Below are positions 1 through 9,430 of a stretch of DNA of 64,000 nt, piece by piece. Both the position numbers and the translations under genes were made by a program. The stretch is from a virus (taxonomy: Duplodnaviria > Heunggongvirae > Uroviricota > Caudoviricetes): IMG/VR virus record IMGVR_UViG_3300028584_001242. One strand, written 5' to 3'. Position 1 is the first letter of the stretch. Every line of letters starts with the position of its first letter. Under the pieces are notes generated by a model that was not told the DNA's origin, made no database searches, and saw nothing but the letters and a program-made list of their open reading frames with translations.

Positions 1-25
1 AAAAAAGAAGATTGAGTGCAAGTTT

Positions 26-274
26 TTAGGCTGCTAACAAAACTCGGCAATCACCGCCCTGCAAGTGAATTGAATAAATTTCATCAGAGAGGGCTTCAAT
101 AGTTTCTTCATTACCTGCCTCACCGCAAGCAACTACTTTTTTGAACATTTCGTGATCTGCAGGAAAATCGCTTGCATAGACAGATACCAACCCAATGCGA
201 ACACCACCATGATCCAGCATGGCAATAAAATAGTCAGCACCTTTGAAAATGAAGTGGGTAATGTTTGCGGTCAT
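26..274 (-). CDS. hypothetical protein (82 aa)
   Basis: Track ORF 26..337 trimmed to ATG at 274 (MTANITHF); TATAAT promoter just upstream; no recognisable motif. Confidence 0.7.
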   Translation of the reverse strand: MTANITHFIFKGADYFIAMLDHGGVRIGLVSVYASDFPADHEMFKKVVACGEAGNEETIEALSDEIYSIHLQGGDCRVLLAA

Positions 275-408
275 GTTTATACCCTTTGAGGTTCGTTTTG
301 TTGGATTGATTATAACAAAAACAAGTTTTTTGGTCAATAAATATTATAGGATAAATTCAAATGAAACAAAAAAGGCACCCTCTCGGATGCCTTCTTTTTT
401 AACAGAGA

Positions 409-543
409 TTAATCTGCGTCTTGGTGACGGTTGCGACGACGATTGCGGAACTCGTTGTCTTTTTTGTTGAACTTCGCTTGTTCATTGTCTTTTTTCTTGC
501 CGCCGCGAAAACGTTCTACTGCGTCACCGAAAGAGCCTTGCAT
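409..543 (-). CDS. small basic peptide, MQGS family copy A (44 aa)
   Basis: MQGSFGDAVERFRGGKKKDNEQAKFNKKDNEFRNRRRNRHQDAD; GGAGA RBS; three further paralogs in the window. Confidence 0.85.
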   Translation of the reverse strand: MQGSFGDAVERFRGGKKKDNEQAKFNKKDNEFRNRRRNRHQDAD

Positions 544-591
544 GTTGTATCTCCTAACCTTGGGTTTGTGTTGTTTCGTTTTGATGGGATA

Positions 592-620
592 AGTATACCA
601 ATCCACATCAACAAAAACAA
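592..620 (-). promoter_or_regulatory. sigma70-like promoter of peptide copy A
   Basis: TTGTTT-17 nt-TATACT followed by the TATCCCATCAAAACGAAAC leader. Confidence 0.65.
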
Positions 621-633
621 CATTTTCTTTCAT

Positions 634-1020
634 TTATTTTGGGTTAAAAACCTTACCATAGTCGGCCATAAATTCAGCCGTATCAGGGTTGTCGGAATAA
701 GCAGGCAAAGGAACATCAGCCCCAAACTCATCCAGAAATTCTGGGTTGACATCGAAGACACCATAAACAGTCAACTCACCAGAACGCGATTCTGAACGGT
801 TGAGCAAGACTTTAATGTTCATTTCAGTTGCCAAATCCTGAACGATAACCTTTGCTTTCGACTTCGGCAATTGACCATAGACTTCAAACCAAGGCAAACT
901 GTCTTCCAGTTTCAAACGGGAACCAACAATACCAGAATAGACACCCAAGTTCCATTTTGACATCACACGATTAAAAGCTGCTTCCAGTTCAATAATGTTT
1001 TTAGTGTTGATTTCGGACAT
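634..1020 (-). CDS. hypothetical protein
   Basis: 128 aa ORF with GAGGTG RBS; no motif. Confidence 0.8.
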   Translation of the reverse strand: MSEINTKNIIELEAAFNRVMSKWNLGVYSGIVGSRLKLEDSLPWFEVYGQLPKSKAKVIVQDLATEMNIKVLLNRSESRSGELTVYGVFDVNPEFLDEFGADVPLPAYSDNPDTAEFMADYGKVFNPK

Positions 1021-1129
1021 AATAATTCACCTCATAGTTAAGCCTGATTATACAGGACATATGTCATAAATACAATATTTTGTTAATAAAAAAACCCGCA
1101 CTAGGCGGGTAAGTTGGGAAAGGTGTGAT

Positions 1130-1600
1130 TTAAGCAGAAAGCGGTTGAGCACTCCACTCATCATAAGGCTGCTGAACATAAGCGGCGTCCAGATGAGCCG
1201 ACAACTCTGCGACATCTTTAAACATGAACGATTGGCTTTCTTTGCCTTCGGTAGCCCGAATATAGAGTTCCCAGCGGTCTTCACCGTGACCATAGCCACC
1301 TTCGATGATGTCAGCGGTGCCACGCAAGATCAACTGGTGTTCATCACTGCCGGGATCTTGATAAGGAACCTGACGGGCATCCAGAGCGGCACGAATATCG
1401 TTGATGGTCAGTTTTTGAACGGGGTAGAGGTTGGCAACAAACTTAATTTCAAAAAGATGTTTAGGAGCATCTGGATAAAGGCTTTGGGCTTTCGAAAGTG
1501 CAGAAGAAGCATCTGCGGCCCATACCTCGCCCATATAGACATTGTGAAAACGAATCTGAAAAAGTTTAGTGTCAGTTTCAAAGTTATGTTCGTTGTTCAT
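1130..1600 (-). CDS. hypothetical protein
   Basis: Track ORF trimmed to MNNEHNF; own promoter and terminator. Confidence 0.75.
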   Translation of the reverse strand: MNNEHNFETDTKLFQIRFHNVYMGEVWAADASSALSKAQSLYPDAPKHLFEIKFVANLYPVQKLTINDIRAALDARQVPYQDPGSDEHQLILRGTADIIEGGYGHGEDRWELYIRATEGKESQSFMFKDVAELSAHLDAAYVQQPYDEWSAQPLSA

Positions 1601-1683
1601 GATGTTCGCCTTGGAAGAAGTGAGTAGGGTGATTATAACAAACCACCCATTCAAAAACAACATTTTTCGGTTAAATTAACGAA

Positions 1684-2136
1684 TTAACGGCGGTAGTCGG
1701 CCATGTTGTAGATTTTGGCGGTTGGGCGTTCTGGTGTGCAAGCTTCACCAAACAGAAGGCCAGCCAAAGCCGATTTGATGCCGTCGATTTGTTCTTGGGA
1801 GAACAGTTCTTTACCTTCTTCAAACAGGTCGGCCAGTGTTTCGCCATTTTCAAACAGAACCTTGTCTTCAATAGGTGCCGGAGCGGCAACGACAGGTTCT
1901 ACCACATCATCAGCCCGAAGGGTAGGGCACATGCTGTATTCACCACGCGGATAGAAGCATTCTTTGCCATCGTAGATGAAAATACCCTTAGTGGTAGGCT
2001 TAGTTTCACCTTTCATAAGGAACGTCACACGCTTGGGAGTGCGTTTGGTAATGGTTGCTGTAACCATATACGAGGAATCACCAATCGAAGGGGTAGCGTA
2101 GGTTTTGCCAGCTTCGAGTTTAAGGATAGTTTCCAT
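1684..2136 (-). CDS. phage/plasmid-type hypothetical protein
   Basis: Start METILKLEAGKTY; KRTPKRVT...GEYSMCPTLRA pattern resembles a small family I recall from phages and plasmids. Confidence 0.75.
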   Translation of the reverse strand: METILKLEAGKTYATPSIGDSSYMVTATITKRTPKRVTFLMKGETKPTTKGIFIYDGKECFYPRGEYSMCPTLRADDVVEPVVAAPAPIEDKVLFENGETLADLFEEGKELFSQEQIDGIKSALAGLLFGEACTPERPTAKIYNMADYRR

Positions 2137-2171
2137 GATGTTTCCCTTTCGGTTTCTGTTTTGATGGGATA

Positions 2172-2200
2172 ATTTTACCAAAAAAGAGATTTATAGGCAA
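2172..2200 (-). promoter_or_regulatory. representative sigma70-like promoter
   Basis: TTGCCT-17 nt-TAAAAT, followed by TATCCCATCAAAACAG. Confidence 0.7.
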
Positions 2201-2208
2201 CCATTATT

Positions 2209-2757
2209 TTAAATGTTTTTGAAATCAAGGCCGCACATCTGTTTTTCAAGCCAAGCAACCCGGCGTTTCAAGGCTTCGTTTTCCTCATGAAGCCGATCAG
2301 CGTCAACGAACTTAGCGGCATCTGCATAGCTGCGATCAAAGCTGTCAGTAGCCAGTTTCAAGACAGCCTCTTGCTCATCACCATATTCTGGGTAAGACAT
2401 GCCAGCGTAATACAAGGCAGGTTTCAAGAAATCCTTAATGGTTTCAAGTTGAACAGTCACCACTGCTTTACCATCACCGTTCGGAGTATAGTAGATCCAA
2501 AAATCCAGTGATTTGATAGAAGCCTTCTGATGATGAGTTTCACTCATGTTTTTATGAATGAACGATTTGAGTTGTTTATTGAAAAAATCAACAGCAATAT
2601 CAACCTCGTTCCAGCTAATGCCAGAAGCAACGTAATGATTGGTGACAAGTTTTTCAACTTGTTCTAGATCGATATCCACAACGCGGACATAGTGACCCTG
2701 ATAATTTTTGAAACGCTTACGGAACTGACTTGTGGTTTCTTTCTTTTGGTTAGTCAT
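2209..2757 (-). CDS. hypothetical protein with C-terminal coiled coil
   Basis: 182 aa ORF preceded by structured leader copy 1. Confidence 0.8.
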   Translation of the reverse strand: MTNQKKETTSQFRKRFKNYQGHYVRVVDIDLEQVEKLVTNHYVASGISWNEVDIAVDFFNKQLKSFIHKNMSETHHQKASIKSLDFWIYYTPNGDGKAVVTVQLETIKDFLKPALYYAGMSYPEYGDEQEAVLKLATDSFDRSYADAAKFVDADRLHEENEALKRRVAWLEKQMCGLDFKNI

Positions 2758-2786
2758 GAGTCATTCCATTCACTGAATTAGAGAGT

Positions 2787-2837
2787 GCAGATACAAGAGG
2801 AAAGGCTTACTTTAATGCTCGCCCCTTGTTGCTTCGA
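2787..2837 (-). promoter_or_regulatory. structured 5' leader motif, copy 1
   Basis: 51 nt nearly identical to 5672..5722, with a compensatory stem change. Confidence 0.6.
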
Positions 2838-2914
2838 TGGGATGATTATAACAAAAACGAGGTTTCAGAGCAACCATTTTTTTTTAAAACCAACTCACCC
2901 ATAGGACGATTCAA

Positions 2915-3559
2915 TTAAATTTTAGATTTTACAATTTTAACAAGATCGATAGGATAACAAGCAACAGGGAAATAAGAAATATAAACTCCAATATCAACAA
3001 TAGGTTTCCCCAGTTTAGAACAGACATCAGAAAACTCTTTAGAGAATGAAATTTTAAGATCGTTTAAGACAGTGCTGTCATAGTAAACACAATCAGAAGA
3101 TCCGTGTTTTGCTACATGTGTAATACCCAAATTTTTATATAAAATGTCAAGAATATTGCGAACATCATCATTATAATAATTAGATAATGCAATTATATTT
3201 ACAAATAAAGAAGAGTTCAGATTTTTTTCTGGACAATCAGAAAGTTCCTTTTCAATATCAAGATGAAGAGACGATATTTTTTTATTAATACTATTGTTGT
3301 ACAATTCAATAGTAGATTCTTCATGTTTAATAGATTCATCAATTTTATGAAGATTAATGATAGTCTCTTCAAGAACAGAAGCCATATGTTGTGGAAGTTT
3401 ATTTTTAATGAAAGACAGATAAGATGCTATTTCACCCAAATCTTGATGAGAACCATCAGAGTCAAAAGTATCAGAAGATGGAAAATGAGGTTTTTTCTGA
3501 CTATAAAGGTCGGCAATAGAATTTTCTATTTGAGAAATTTTTGTAAGAATGTCAGACAT
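2915..3559 (-). CDS. hypothetical protein (AT-rich gene)
   Basis: Track ORF trimmed to MSDILTK. Confidence 0.7.
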   Translation of the reverse strand: MSDILTKISQIENSIADLYSQKKPHFPSSDTFDSDGSHQDLGEIASYLSFIKNKLPQHMASVLEETIINLHKIDESIKHEESTIELYNNSINKKISSLHLDIEKELSDCPEKNLNSSLFVNIIALSNYYNDDVRNILDILYKNLGITHVAKHGSSDCVYYDSTVLNDLKISFSKEFSDVCSKLGKPIVDIGVYISYFPVACYPIDLVKIVKSKI

Positions 3560-3637
3560 AATATATAGCCTAAATTGATTTCGATGAAAGAAGTATAACA
3601 AACCCAAGTTCTCAGAGCAAACATTATTTCAAGAAAC

Positions 3638-3660
3638 AAAAAAGGGGCCGAAGCCCCTTT
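3638..3660 (-). terminator. intrinsic terminator with cUUCGg loop
   Basis: Minus strand GGGGC-TTCG-GCCCC plus T-tract. Confidence 0.85.
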
Positions 3661-3685
3661 TATAAAGTTGAAGAAAAATCTGAAA

Positions 3686-3961
3686 CTAAACCTTGATTGT
3701 TTTTGAATGACGTTTGTAAGGCCGCCATTTTGTGCCTTTGTTAAAACGCTCACGGCTGGCGGTTGCTTGGTCGGAGTGATTACCGCACTTGTCTTCCCAG
3801 CGAAGCATGTCAGCCGCTGCAACCCCGATATCCGCTTTGCATTGAACTTGAATTTCTTGATTGAGTATGCCGTTAGTAAAGCAACGAACGCCCCAAAGCT
3901 TTGGCTTGATGCGAGTTACTTTGATTTCATGCGACACATTGCCACCAATAATCACTTTCAT
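3686..3961 (-). CDS. hypothetical protein
   Basis: Start MKVIIGG; GAGG RBS; own promoter at 4006-4034. Confidence 0.75.
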   Translation of the reverse strand: MKVIIGGNVSHEIKVTRIKPKLWGVRCFTNGILNQEIQVQCKADIGVAAADMLRWEDKCGNHSDQATASRERFNKGTKWRPYKRHSKTIKV

Positions 3962-4005
3962 GTTAAGCCTCAAAATTAGAGTTGATAATTTGTTTTGATG
4001 GGTTA

Positions 4006-4073
4006 ATTATAACAAAAAAGAGTTTATTGGGCAAGCACTTATTTTAAAAACAAAAAAAAGGGGCCGAAGCCCT
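4006..4073 (-). promoter_or_regulatory. terminator-plus-promoter intergenic cassette
   Basis: GGGC-TTCG-GCCC hairpin and T-tract (4052-4073), then AT-rich UP-like DNA, then TTGCCC-17 nt-TATAAT. Confidence 0.75.
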
Positions 4074-4345
4074 CAATTAAATGTAAGATAGCATTGAGAC
4101 AAAGGAACTCGAAGCTTTTTCTTGGTGTCAACTTCTCGAATACTGGCAGTTATATCTTTGTCGGTAATATTAGCCAAGATAATAATATTATCATGCGAAT
4201 AAATTATACTGGTGCCAGCATAACAACGAATAGAGATAGTAGGACGTTGCAAATTTTCTTCCACGTCAGCTTTGGTTGGCTCACTACAACCAGCAAGCAC
4301 CATAATAGAAAGTGCAGTGATAATTGTTTTAGCAAATGTAGACAT
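4073..4345 (-). CDS. putative lipoprotein (paralog of 54000..54278)
   Basis: Signal peptide with LAGC lipobox; CYAGTSIIYSHDNIIILANITDKDI matches CYSGTSIPYQHDNVILVADITDTDI. Confidence 0.75.
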   Translation of the reverse strand: MSTFAKTIITALSIMVLAGCSEPTKADVEENLQRPTISIRCYAGTSIIYSHDNIIILANITDKDITASIREVDTKKKLRVPLSQCYLTFN

Positions 4346-4488
4346 AGTAAAGCTCCTATTGATTTGGTCTGGTTCATTTCGATAGACAGATTTTAGCAAA
4401 AAAAAGATTACAGAGCTACAAGTTTTTAACTGAAAATAAAAAATATCTGAAAAAGGGGCCGAAGCCCCAGTGTTCAAGGTGTTTTATT

Positions 4489-4887
4489 TTAGTGTGGCAG
4501 GCACATTTCGACATTGAAGCGATTGAACGCCTCCACCAAGATTTCACGGGCCTTGGTGGCGTCTTCTTCCGAGATAACAGAATAAGACTCGATGTATTTG
4601 ATAGCCGACACATCAACGCCTTCCGGCAAGTCAGTGTTAGCACCACTGGTGAAGGACGCATTGTAAGCAGATAGAGTAAGCTTAGGAGGTGCGTCGTAGC
4701 CCAACAATTCCAAACCGGGAGCCGTCCGCTCAGACGACAGGGCATAGAAGTTGGTGACACCATCATGGGAAAAGCTGAATTTTACAACAGCTTCACGGGT
4801 AGCACCACTGTTACGGTCAGCAACCACAATTTTTTTGGCAGCAATGGCTTTCAACAGAGCACGGTTAAATTTTTGAATGTGATTCAT
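4489..4887 (-). CDS. hypothetical protein
   Basis: 132 aa ORF with GAGG RBS. Confidence 0.75.
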   Translation of the reverse strand: MNHIQKFNRALLKAIAAKKIVVADRNSGATREAVVKFSFSHDGVTNFYALSSERTAPGLELLGYDAPPKLTLSAYNASFTSGANTDLPEGVDVSAIKYIESYSVISEEDATKAREILVEAFNRFNVEMCLPH

Positions 4888-4925
4888 TTATTTTTCCTCG
4901 GGTGTTTGTTGTTGAGGTTATTGTA

Positions 4926-5651
4926 TCAATAGAATGCCATCTTTACAAGCGATTTTAAATTTTCGCTCCATGTAGACAGGTCAATCAACGAATGAAGCTC
5001 ACCGAAACTCAGCTCAGGCATGGCTTCCTGTATTTTATGTTTATAGTAGCGATTGAAGAATTCCATATCCAGTTTTCGCAAGCTAGCCATAGTTGTCAAG
5101 TTGTTATTGGTGGCAGTAAATGAAACCTTGTTATTCTGGCTATCAGACAGTTTGAAGGAACCCGTTGCCACCCGAGAAATACGCTTGACATTATGGTCAT
5201 ATTTAAAACTAAACAACACATTGAAGTCAGCATGTTTATCAAACTTATTAAAAGAAACAACTTGGTTGGTTAGTTCCCTATGCTGGTTAATGCGACTAAC
5301 AAAAGCCTTGATATTGTCACAATCCAAATCATCGAAATGATTTGAATAAATATCGACAATCTCATGATTAAATCTAAAATAAAGTGAGTTGGGTGTATCA
5401 GCTTTATGAGCAGTGATCAACAGAATGGTTTCAGATTCATGGAATGAAGCACGATCTAAACCCAACGTGTGCGGGCATTCTTCACGAACAGCAACAATCC
5501 GTTGACCATTGGAATCTAGCGGGTAGCGACAAACGCCAAACTGATTGGAGCCGTACTCGAATTGATCGTTAGTGAATTTTTCAACGAAATAATCTTCAAG
5601 ACCAAAGGAAGGGTGTTTTTTTCTTTCTTCGGCGTAGGATTCTTCGTTCAT
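4926..5651 (-). CDS. hypothetical protein
   Basis: Start MNEESY; preceded by structured leader copy 2. Confidence 0.75.
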   Translation of the reverse strand: MNEESYAEERKKHPSFGLEDYFVEKFTNDQFEYGSNQFGVCRYPLDSNGQRIVAVREECPHTLGLDRASFHESETILLITAHKADTPNSLYFRFNHEIVDIYSNHFDDLDCDNIKAFVSRINQHRELTNQVVSFNKFDKHADFNVLFSFKYDHNVKRISRVATGSFKLSDSQNNKVSFTATNNNLTTMASLRKLDMEFFNRYYKHKIQEAMPELSFGELHSLIDLSTWSENLKSLVKMAFY

Positions 5652-5671
5652 GATAGTTGTCCAAGAAATGA

Positions 5672-5722
5672 GCAGAAACAAAAGGAAAGGCTTACTTGGA
5701 TGCTCGCCCTTTGCCGCTTCGA
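5672..5722 (-). promoter_or_regulatory. structured 5' leader motif, copy 2
   Basis: See copy 1 at 2787..2837. Confidence 0.6.
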
Positions 5723-5761
5723 AGACAGTATTTTATCAACAAACAGATAAACCTGCAACGG

Positions 5762-6232
5762 TTATTCGTAGTATTTGCCAAATTTAACAAAATGAAGCCA
5801 CTTTGCTTTATATTCGACAAATTTACTCACTAATACCCAAATAACAAAAAGGCTACCCACGATAAACATCAAAACACCCAGCAATTTCCAGATAGCCCCA
5901 TGAACATTATTATCAAGGTTCTCTTGACTGAGTTCCTTTTGCATAGGGACAGGTTTATTACCACCTACTTCGAATTCACGATAAAGTTTGTCTTGAATGG
6001 CAAGGCGAAAACGTTTGCCGGTCAAATCATCCAGAAAGAAACCCGTGGTATTGTAAAAGGTGTTTTGTTTCTGCTGGTAGGTTGTGCTACTGGTATCAAC
6101 AAGCGTGATGTTCCGTGTTGATTTTTCCTCATAATCAACACCAAAGCTATAAAGCTTGACGCCATACGAAATCATGACGACACCCACAAAAAAAAGAAAA
6201 ATGCAAAGCAGGTTCTTTCTGATGTACTGCAT
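5762..6232 (-). CDS. two-TM membrane protein (distant paralog of 55509..55931)
   Basis: N- and C-terminal hydrophobic helices around a periplasmic-type loop. Confidence 0.7.
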   Translation of the reverse strand: MQYIRKNLLCIFLFFVGVVMISYGVKLYSFGVDYEEKSTRNITLVDTSSTTYQQKQNTFYNTTGFFLDDLTGKRFRLAIQDKLYREFEVGGNKPVPMQKELSQENLDNNVHGAIWKLLGVLMFIVGSLFVIWVLVSKFVEYKAKWLHFVKFGKYYE

Positions 6233-6343
6233 AAAAGGTTACCACCTATCACAAATGAATGGTTTGATGGACTGATTATATCAAGGTTTTAAAACTGCAG
6301 CAACAAAAACCTCAATAATGAGGTCTTGATTTTAAAAGAGAGA

Positions 6344-6700
6344 TTATTCGCTAATGGTCATCAGCAATTGCTGATAAACGTTGTCATAAACGGCAATATC
6401 GCAGTCTGGTTTATTCAACAGGGATTCACGAAATTGTTTGAACGCCCAGTCGAGTATGTTTTTCTCGTTACGACCTATGACAAGCGAAAAGCCAGTAGGT
6501 GTGGATGTCATGCGATCAAGCAGAAGATTAAAGACAGCTTCTTCTTTGACACAATCATCAATGATTTGGATGTTTTTCTTTGTGAGTTGCCTGCAATATT
6601 GTTTTGAAGATGAATCAAGAGCTGCAGTAAACTTGGCATTAGAGCCGCCAAAACTTTTAATCATGGACACAAGCTGAAAAGGAGTGATTTTATTGTGCAT
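6344..6700 (-). CDS. hypothetical protein
   Basis: Start MHNKITPF after a GGAG RBS. Confidence 0.7.
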   Translation of the reverse strand: MHNKITPFQLVSMIKSFGGSNAKFTAALDSSSKQYCRQLTKKNIQIIDDCVKEEAVFNLLLDRMTSTPTGFSLVIGRNEKNILDWAFKQFRESLLNKPDCDIAVYDNVYQQLLMTISE

Positions 6701-6773
6701 GGAAACTCTCCAAATTTGTGAGGTCATTTTATCACAAAAGGAAAGCTTCCACAAGATTAAAACTTAAAAATGA

Positions 6774-7235
6774 TCAACGCCAATTATGGCTCTCATCATC
6801 CTCATCTTCATCCCAATCACTATCACGGCCACTATGATTGGGATCACCCTGATCGTCATCCATCAAACTTTTCGCGGTCGCAAAAGGGACACGGGCAGTC
6901 ATAGACTCCAAATGCCAAGCAGCAATGCCATTGACAGTGCTGTCATACATCGTAGTGGTAATATCATCCCACGATTTGGTCATCCAGATGTCGCCATCAG
7001 TGCCGGTGGCTTTTACCTTTGATTGTTCAGTGATATCCGTCCAGATACCATCAACCAACAGGATGTGTTGAAATTCATCATTGACATCAACCGCACCATA
7101 ACCCGTATAGACACCACGCATGATTTCAACCAAAACGCCATCAGAGATGAGTTGCAATTCACACAGGGTGCGTTCATGCCAAGGATTCAGCAAAGGTTCG
7201 TGTTTGTTTTGCGAAATGAAAGAGAAGTTACCCAT
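6774..7235 (-). CDS. hypothetical protein with acidic tail
   Basis: 153 aa ORF; GGAG RBS. Confidence 0.75.
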   Translation of the reverse strand: MGNFSFISQNKHEPLLNPWHERTLCELQLISDGVLVEIMRGVYTGYGAVDVNDEFQHILLVDGIWTDITEQSKVKATGTDGDIWMTKSWDDITTTMYDSTVNGIAAWHLESMTARVPFATAKSLMDDDQGDPNHSGRDSDWDEDEDDESHNWR

Positions 7236-7260
7236 TGATATGCTCTCCGTAAATTAGAAG

Positions 7261-7292
7261 GCTAGTATAACAGTTCCCTATTCTACTAGCAA
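7261..7292 (-). promoter_or_regulatory. promoter with mutually complementary -35/-10 arms
   Basis: TTGCTA-17 nt-TATACT; GCTAGTA/TACTAGC inverted repeat. Confidence 0.65.
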
Positions 7293-7315
7293 TCACTGTT
7301 CACCAAAAATAAGTT

Positions 7316-8347
7316 TTAGTCGAAAATGAACTTTTTATGATTCTCATCTTTTGCAAGATAGTTTTCAATAATGGTATCAATCGGCAAAGGATTCTTGCGA
7401 TTATGCAGATTGTCGTGGGCGTGACGCTTCAACATCATCTCTTTGGCTTGCGTCAAGATCTCACGAAGGTTTTCAACACTTTCAGTATAATTCGACCATT
7501 CCAGTTTGGATTTTATCTTGTTGACTTCATGAGCCACAATCAACAGATTGGATACATTATAACCTTCGAAACGATTAATGCGGTCAATCGAGAAACCAAA
7601 TGGATTGTCTTCCTGTGTTTTAGTGGCCTTAACTAACGGCAAACCTGTCAATTGACAGTGAGTGACGCTAAACAGGTGCTTAGAGTTCTCAAAAGTGAGA
7701 TCGCTGGTAAAACCCTTGCTTTTGGAACGCTCTTTGCACATTTCAATTTTGCGAAGAATGGCCCTGTCTGAATAGAACGATGCTTTGCGGATAAAATCAG
7801 AAGCTTTAAAAACTGGAAGTGTCGGACGGGGTTGCAAAGGATCAGCCAACCTATTTTTAAGATTAATGATACGCTCTGGTGTTTGTAAAGACCGTTCAAC
7901 AAGCACATCCAGATCAACGACTTCTAGTGAAAGGCTTGTGGGTTTAGATTTAGCACGAAGTGTGTCGTGAATCAAACGAAGTTGAGCCTTGGTGTCATCA
8001 ACAGCCATAAAATCGGGTGATTCTTTCATAATTTTATGAAGTTCAAACCAAAAGTTAACGGTTTGTTGATGAACAATTAACACCTGATTAATAGAAACAA
8101 TATCGGCGGTATAAGGGTTAACGGGAATGAGAAACACAGTTCCCATATCATTAAATTTCAAGCCGGTCATTTCACAATAGGAATGTTCATTAATCTGAGT
8201 GGTTTTAAGACGTGCAATGACTTCTTTTTCAAGAATATCAAACGTGAGGCTTGGATAATAGCGTTTAACACGTCCAATCAATGAACGGACAGTGGATGTC
8301 AGTCGTGTCAAACCTTTTGAGTTTAAGTTTTCAGGAATGAGGATCAT
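7316..8347 (-). CDS. HNH-like (His-Me finger) endonuclease-domain protein
   Basis: C-terminal CQLTGLPL...FSIDRINRFEGYNVSNLLIVAHEVNKIK; degenerate second copy CEMTGLKF near the N-terminus. Confidence 0.6.
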   Translation of the reverse strand: MILIPENLNSKGLTRLTSTVRSLIGRVKRYYPSLTFDILEKEVIARLKTTQINEHSYCEMTGLKFNDMGTVFLIPVNPYTADIVSINQVLIVHQQTVNFWFELHKIMKESPDFMAVDDTKAQLRLIHDTLRAKSKPTSLSLEVVDLDVLVERSLQTPERIINLKNRLADPLQPRPTLPVFKASDFIRKASFYSDRAILRKIEMCKERSKSKGFTSDLTFENSKHLFSVTHCQLTGLPLVKATKTQEDNPFGFSIDRINRFEGYNVSNLLIVAHEVNKIKSKLEWSNYTESVENLREILTQAKEMMLKRHAHDNLHNRKNPLPIDTIIENYLAKDENHKKFIFD

Positions 8348-8378
8348 AACAAAAACACCTTAGACTATAAAACAGAAA

Positions 8379-8410
8379 GCCAGTGTAACAGTTTCCTATT
8401 AGACTGGCAA
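8379..8410 (-). promoter_or_regulatory. promoter with complementary arms (sister of 7261..7292)
   Basis: TTGCCA-17 nt-TACACT; GCCAGT/ACTGGC inverted repeat. Confidence 0.65.
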
Positions 8411-8426
8411 TCGAAAAATGTAGAAT

Positions 8427-8582
8427 TTAGTAAGGTTTGTAGGTGCCGGTCAGGCGTTGATACGAGAGCCGTTGTTTCTTTTCAGTTTCTTTCGGGTCAA
8501 TCGTTGGTCGCCATTTCTGGTTGAAATGAACATCGCCATTGAATTTATAGATGTCAAAATGGAAAAATTGAAATCCTAACAT
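8427..8582 (-). CDS. small hypothetical protein (51 aa)
   Basis: Hand translation MLGFQFFHFDIYKFNGDVHFNQKWRPTIDPKETEKKQRLSYQRLTGTYKPY; TAATG coupling to the upstream stop. Confidence 0.5.
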   Translation of the reverse strand: MLGFQFFHFDIYKFNGDVHFNQKWRPTIDPKETEKKQRLSYQRLTGTYKPY

Positions 8583-8857
8583 TAGTGGTTCCCTCGACTG
8601 TTTTGGGTGCGTTCAAAAGCTTGTTTGAAAATGGTAGAAGCTTCTTTAAAAGCATTAAAACCGATTGATTTTTCACCCGATTGCAAGAAATTACCAAACT
8701 TGGGGTCAGCTAAGATTTTATCCAAGAGAGCCTGAGTTTTTTTCGAAATTTTGGCTTCTGGAATGACTTGCAGGGCCGTGTAATCAACATGACTCGCATG
8801 AAAATCAAGGATAACTTGGTCAATGTCAATATGGGGTTGATTTTCTGCTGTGGACAT
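8582..8857 (-). CDS. hypothetical protein
   Basis: 91 aa ORF; GAGG RBS. Confidence 0.7.
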   Translation of the reverse strand: MSTAENQPHIDIDQVILDFHASHVDYTALQVIPEAKISKKTQALLDKILADPKFGNFLQSGEKSIGFNAFKEASTIFKQAFERTQNSRGNH

Positions 8858-8931
8858 GTGAATACCTCTGTGAGTTAGAGCATGATTATATCAAAAACAT
8901 CGAAAATAATCAAGCTCCAACCGATAAGAGG

Positions 8932-9081
8932 TTAAACCTTGATGGCAACAATTAATTGAAGCCCTGTCACATACCCCATAGAGGTAAAATAGTAACCATT
9001 TTGTTTTGTCCACAAAAGAACTGGCGTATGTTCGGTGATGTATTGACCAGTGAAAGGGACAAAATCTTTAAGGTTATACAT
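8932..9081 (-). CDS. small hypothetical protein
   Basis: Start MYNLKDF, 10 nt after the upstream stop. Confidence 0.5.
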   Translation of the reverse strand: MYNLKDFVPFTGQYITEHTPVLLWTKQNGYYFTSMGYVTGLQLIVAIKV

Positions 9082-9091
9082 GATGTATCCC

Positions 9092-9322
9092 TTATGCCGA
9101 CTGCTGGGCTTTGACTTGTTGCAACATGGCAATCACATTATCGATCTCTGAAACAGGGATCAAGATTTGTGGATTGTTGCCAAGACCGCTACCATCGCGG
9201 GTGATGAACTCAATGACTTCGAGTTCATCTTTGTCATTTTTATAGACATTCAACTCGACATCAGGAACACGGCCAGATTCCGAAGCAACACCATTCAAGA
9301 TAGTCATGTTAGCAAGATACAT
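9092..9322 (-). CDS. hypothetical protein
   Basis: 76 aa; AGGAG RBS. Confidence 0.7.
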   Translation of the reverse strand: MYLANMTILNGVASESGRVPDVELNVYKNDKDELEVIEFITRDGSGLGNNPQILIPVSEIDNVIAMLQQVKAQQSA

Positions 9323-9430
9323 AGTGGAAGCTCCTTTAAGTGATAACGTATTATAACGCTAAACACATGATAAGGCAATAAAAAGAAAAAATTAACCCAA
9401 TCTTTATGAAAGTTAAATTAAAACGGGAAA

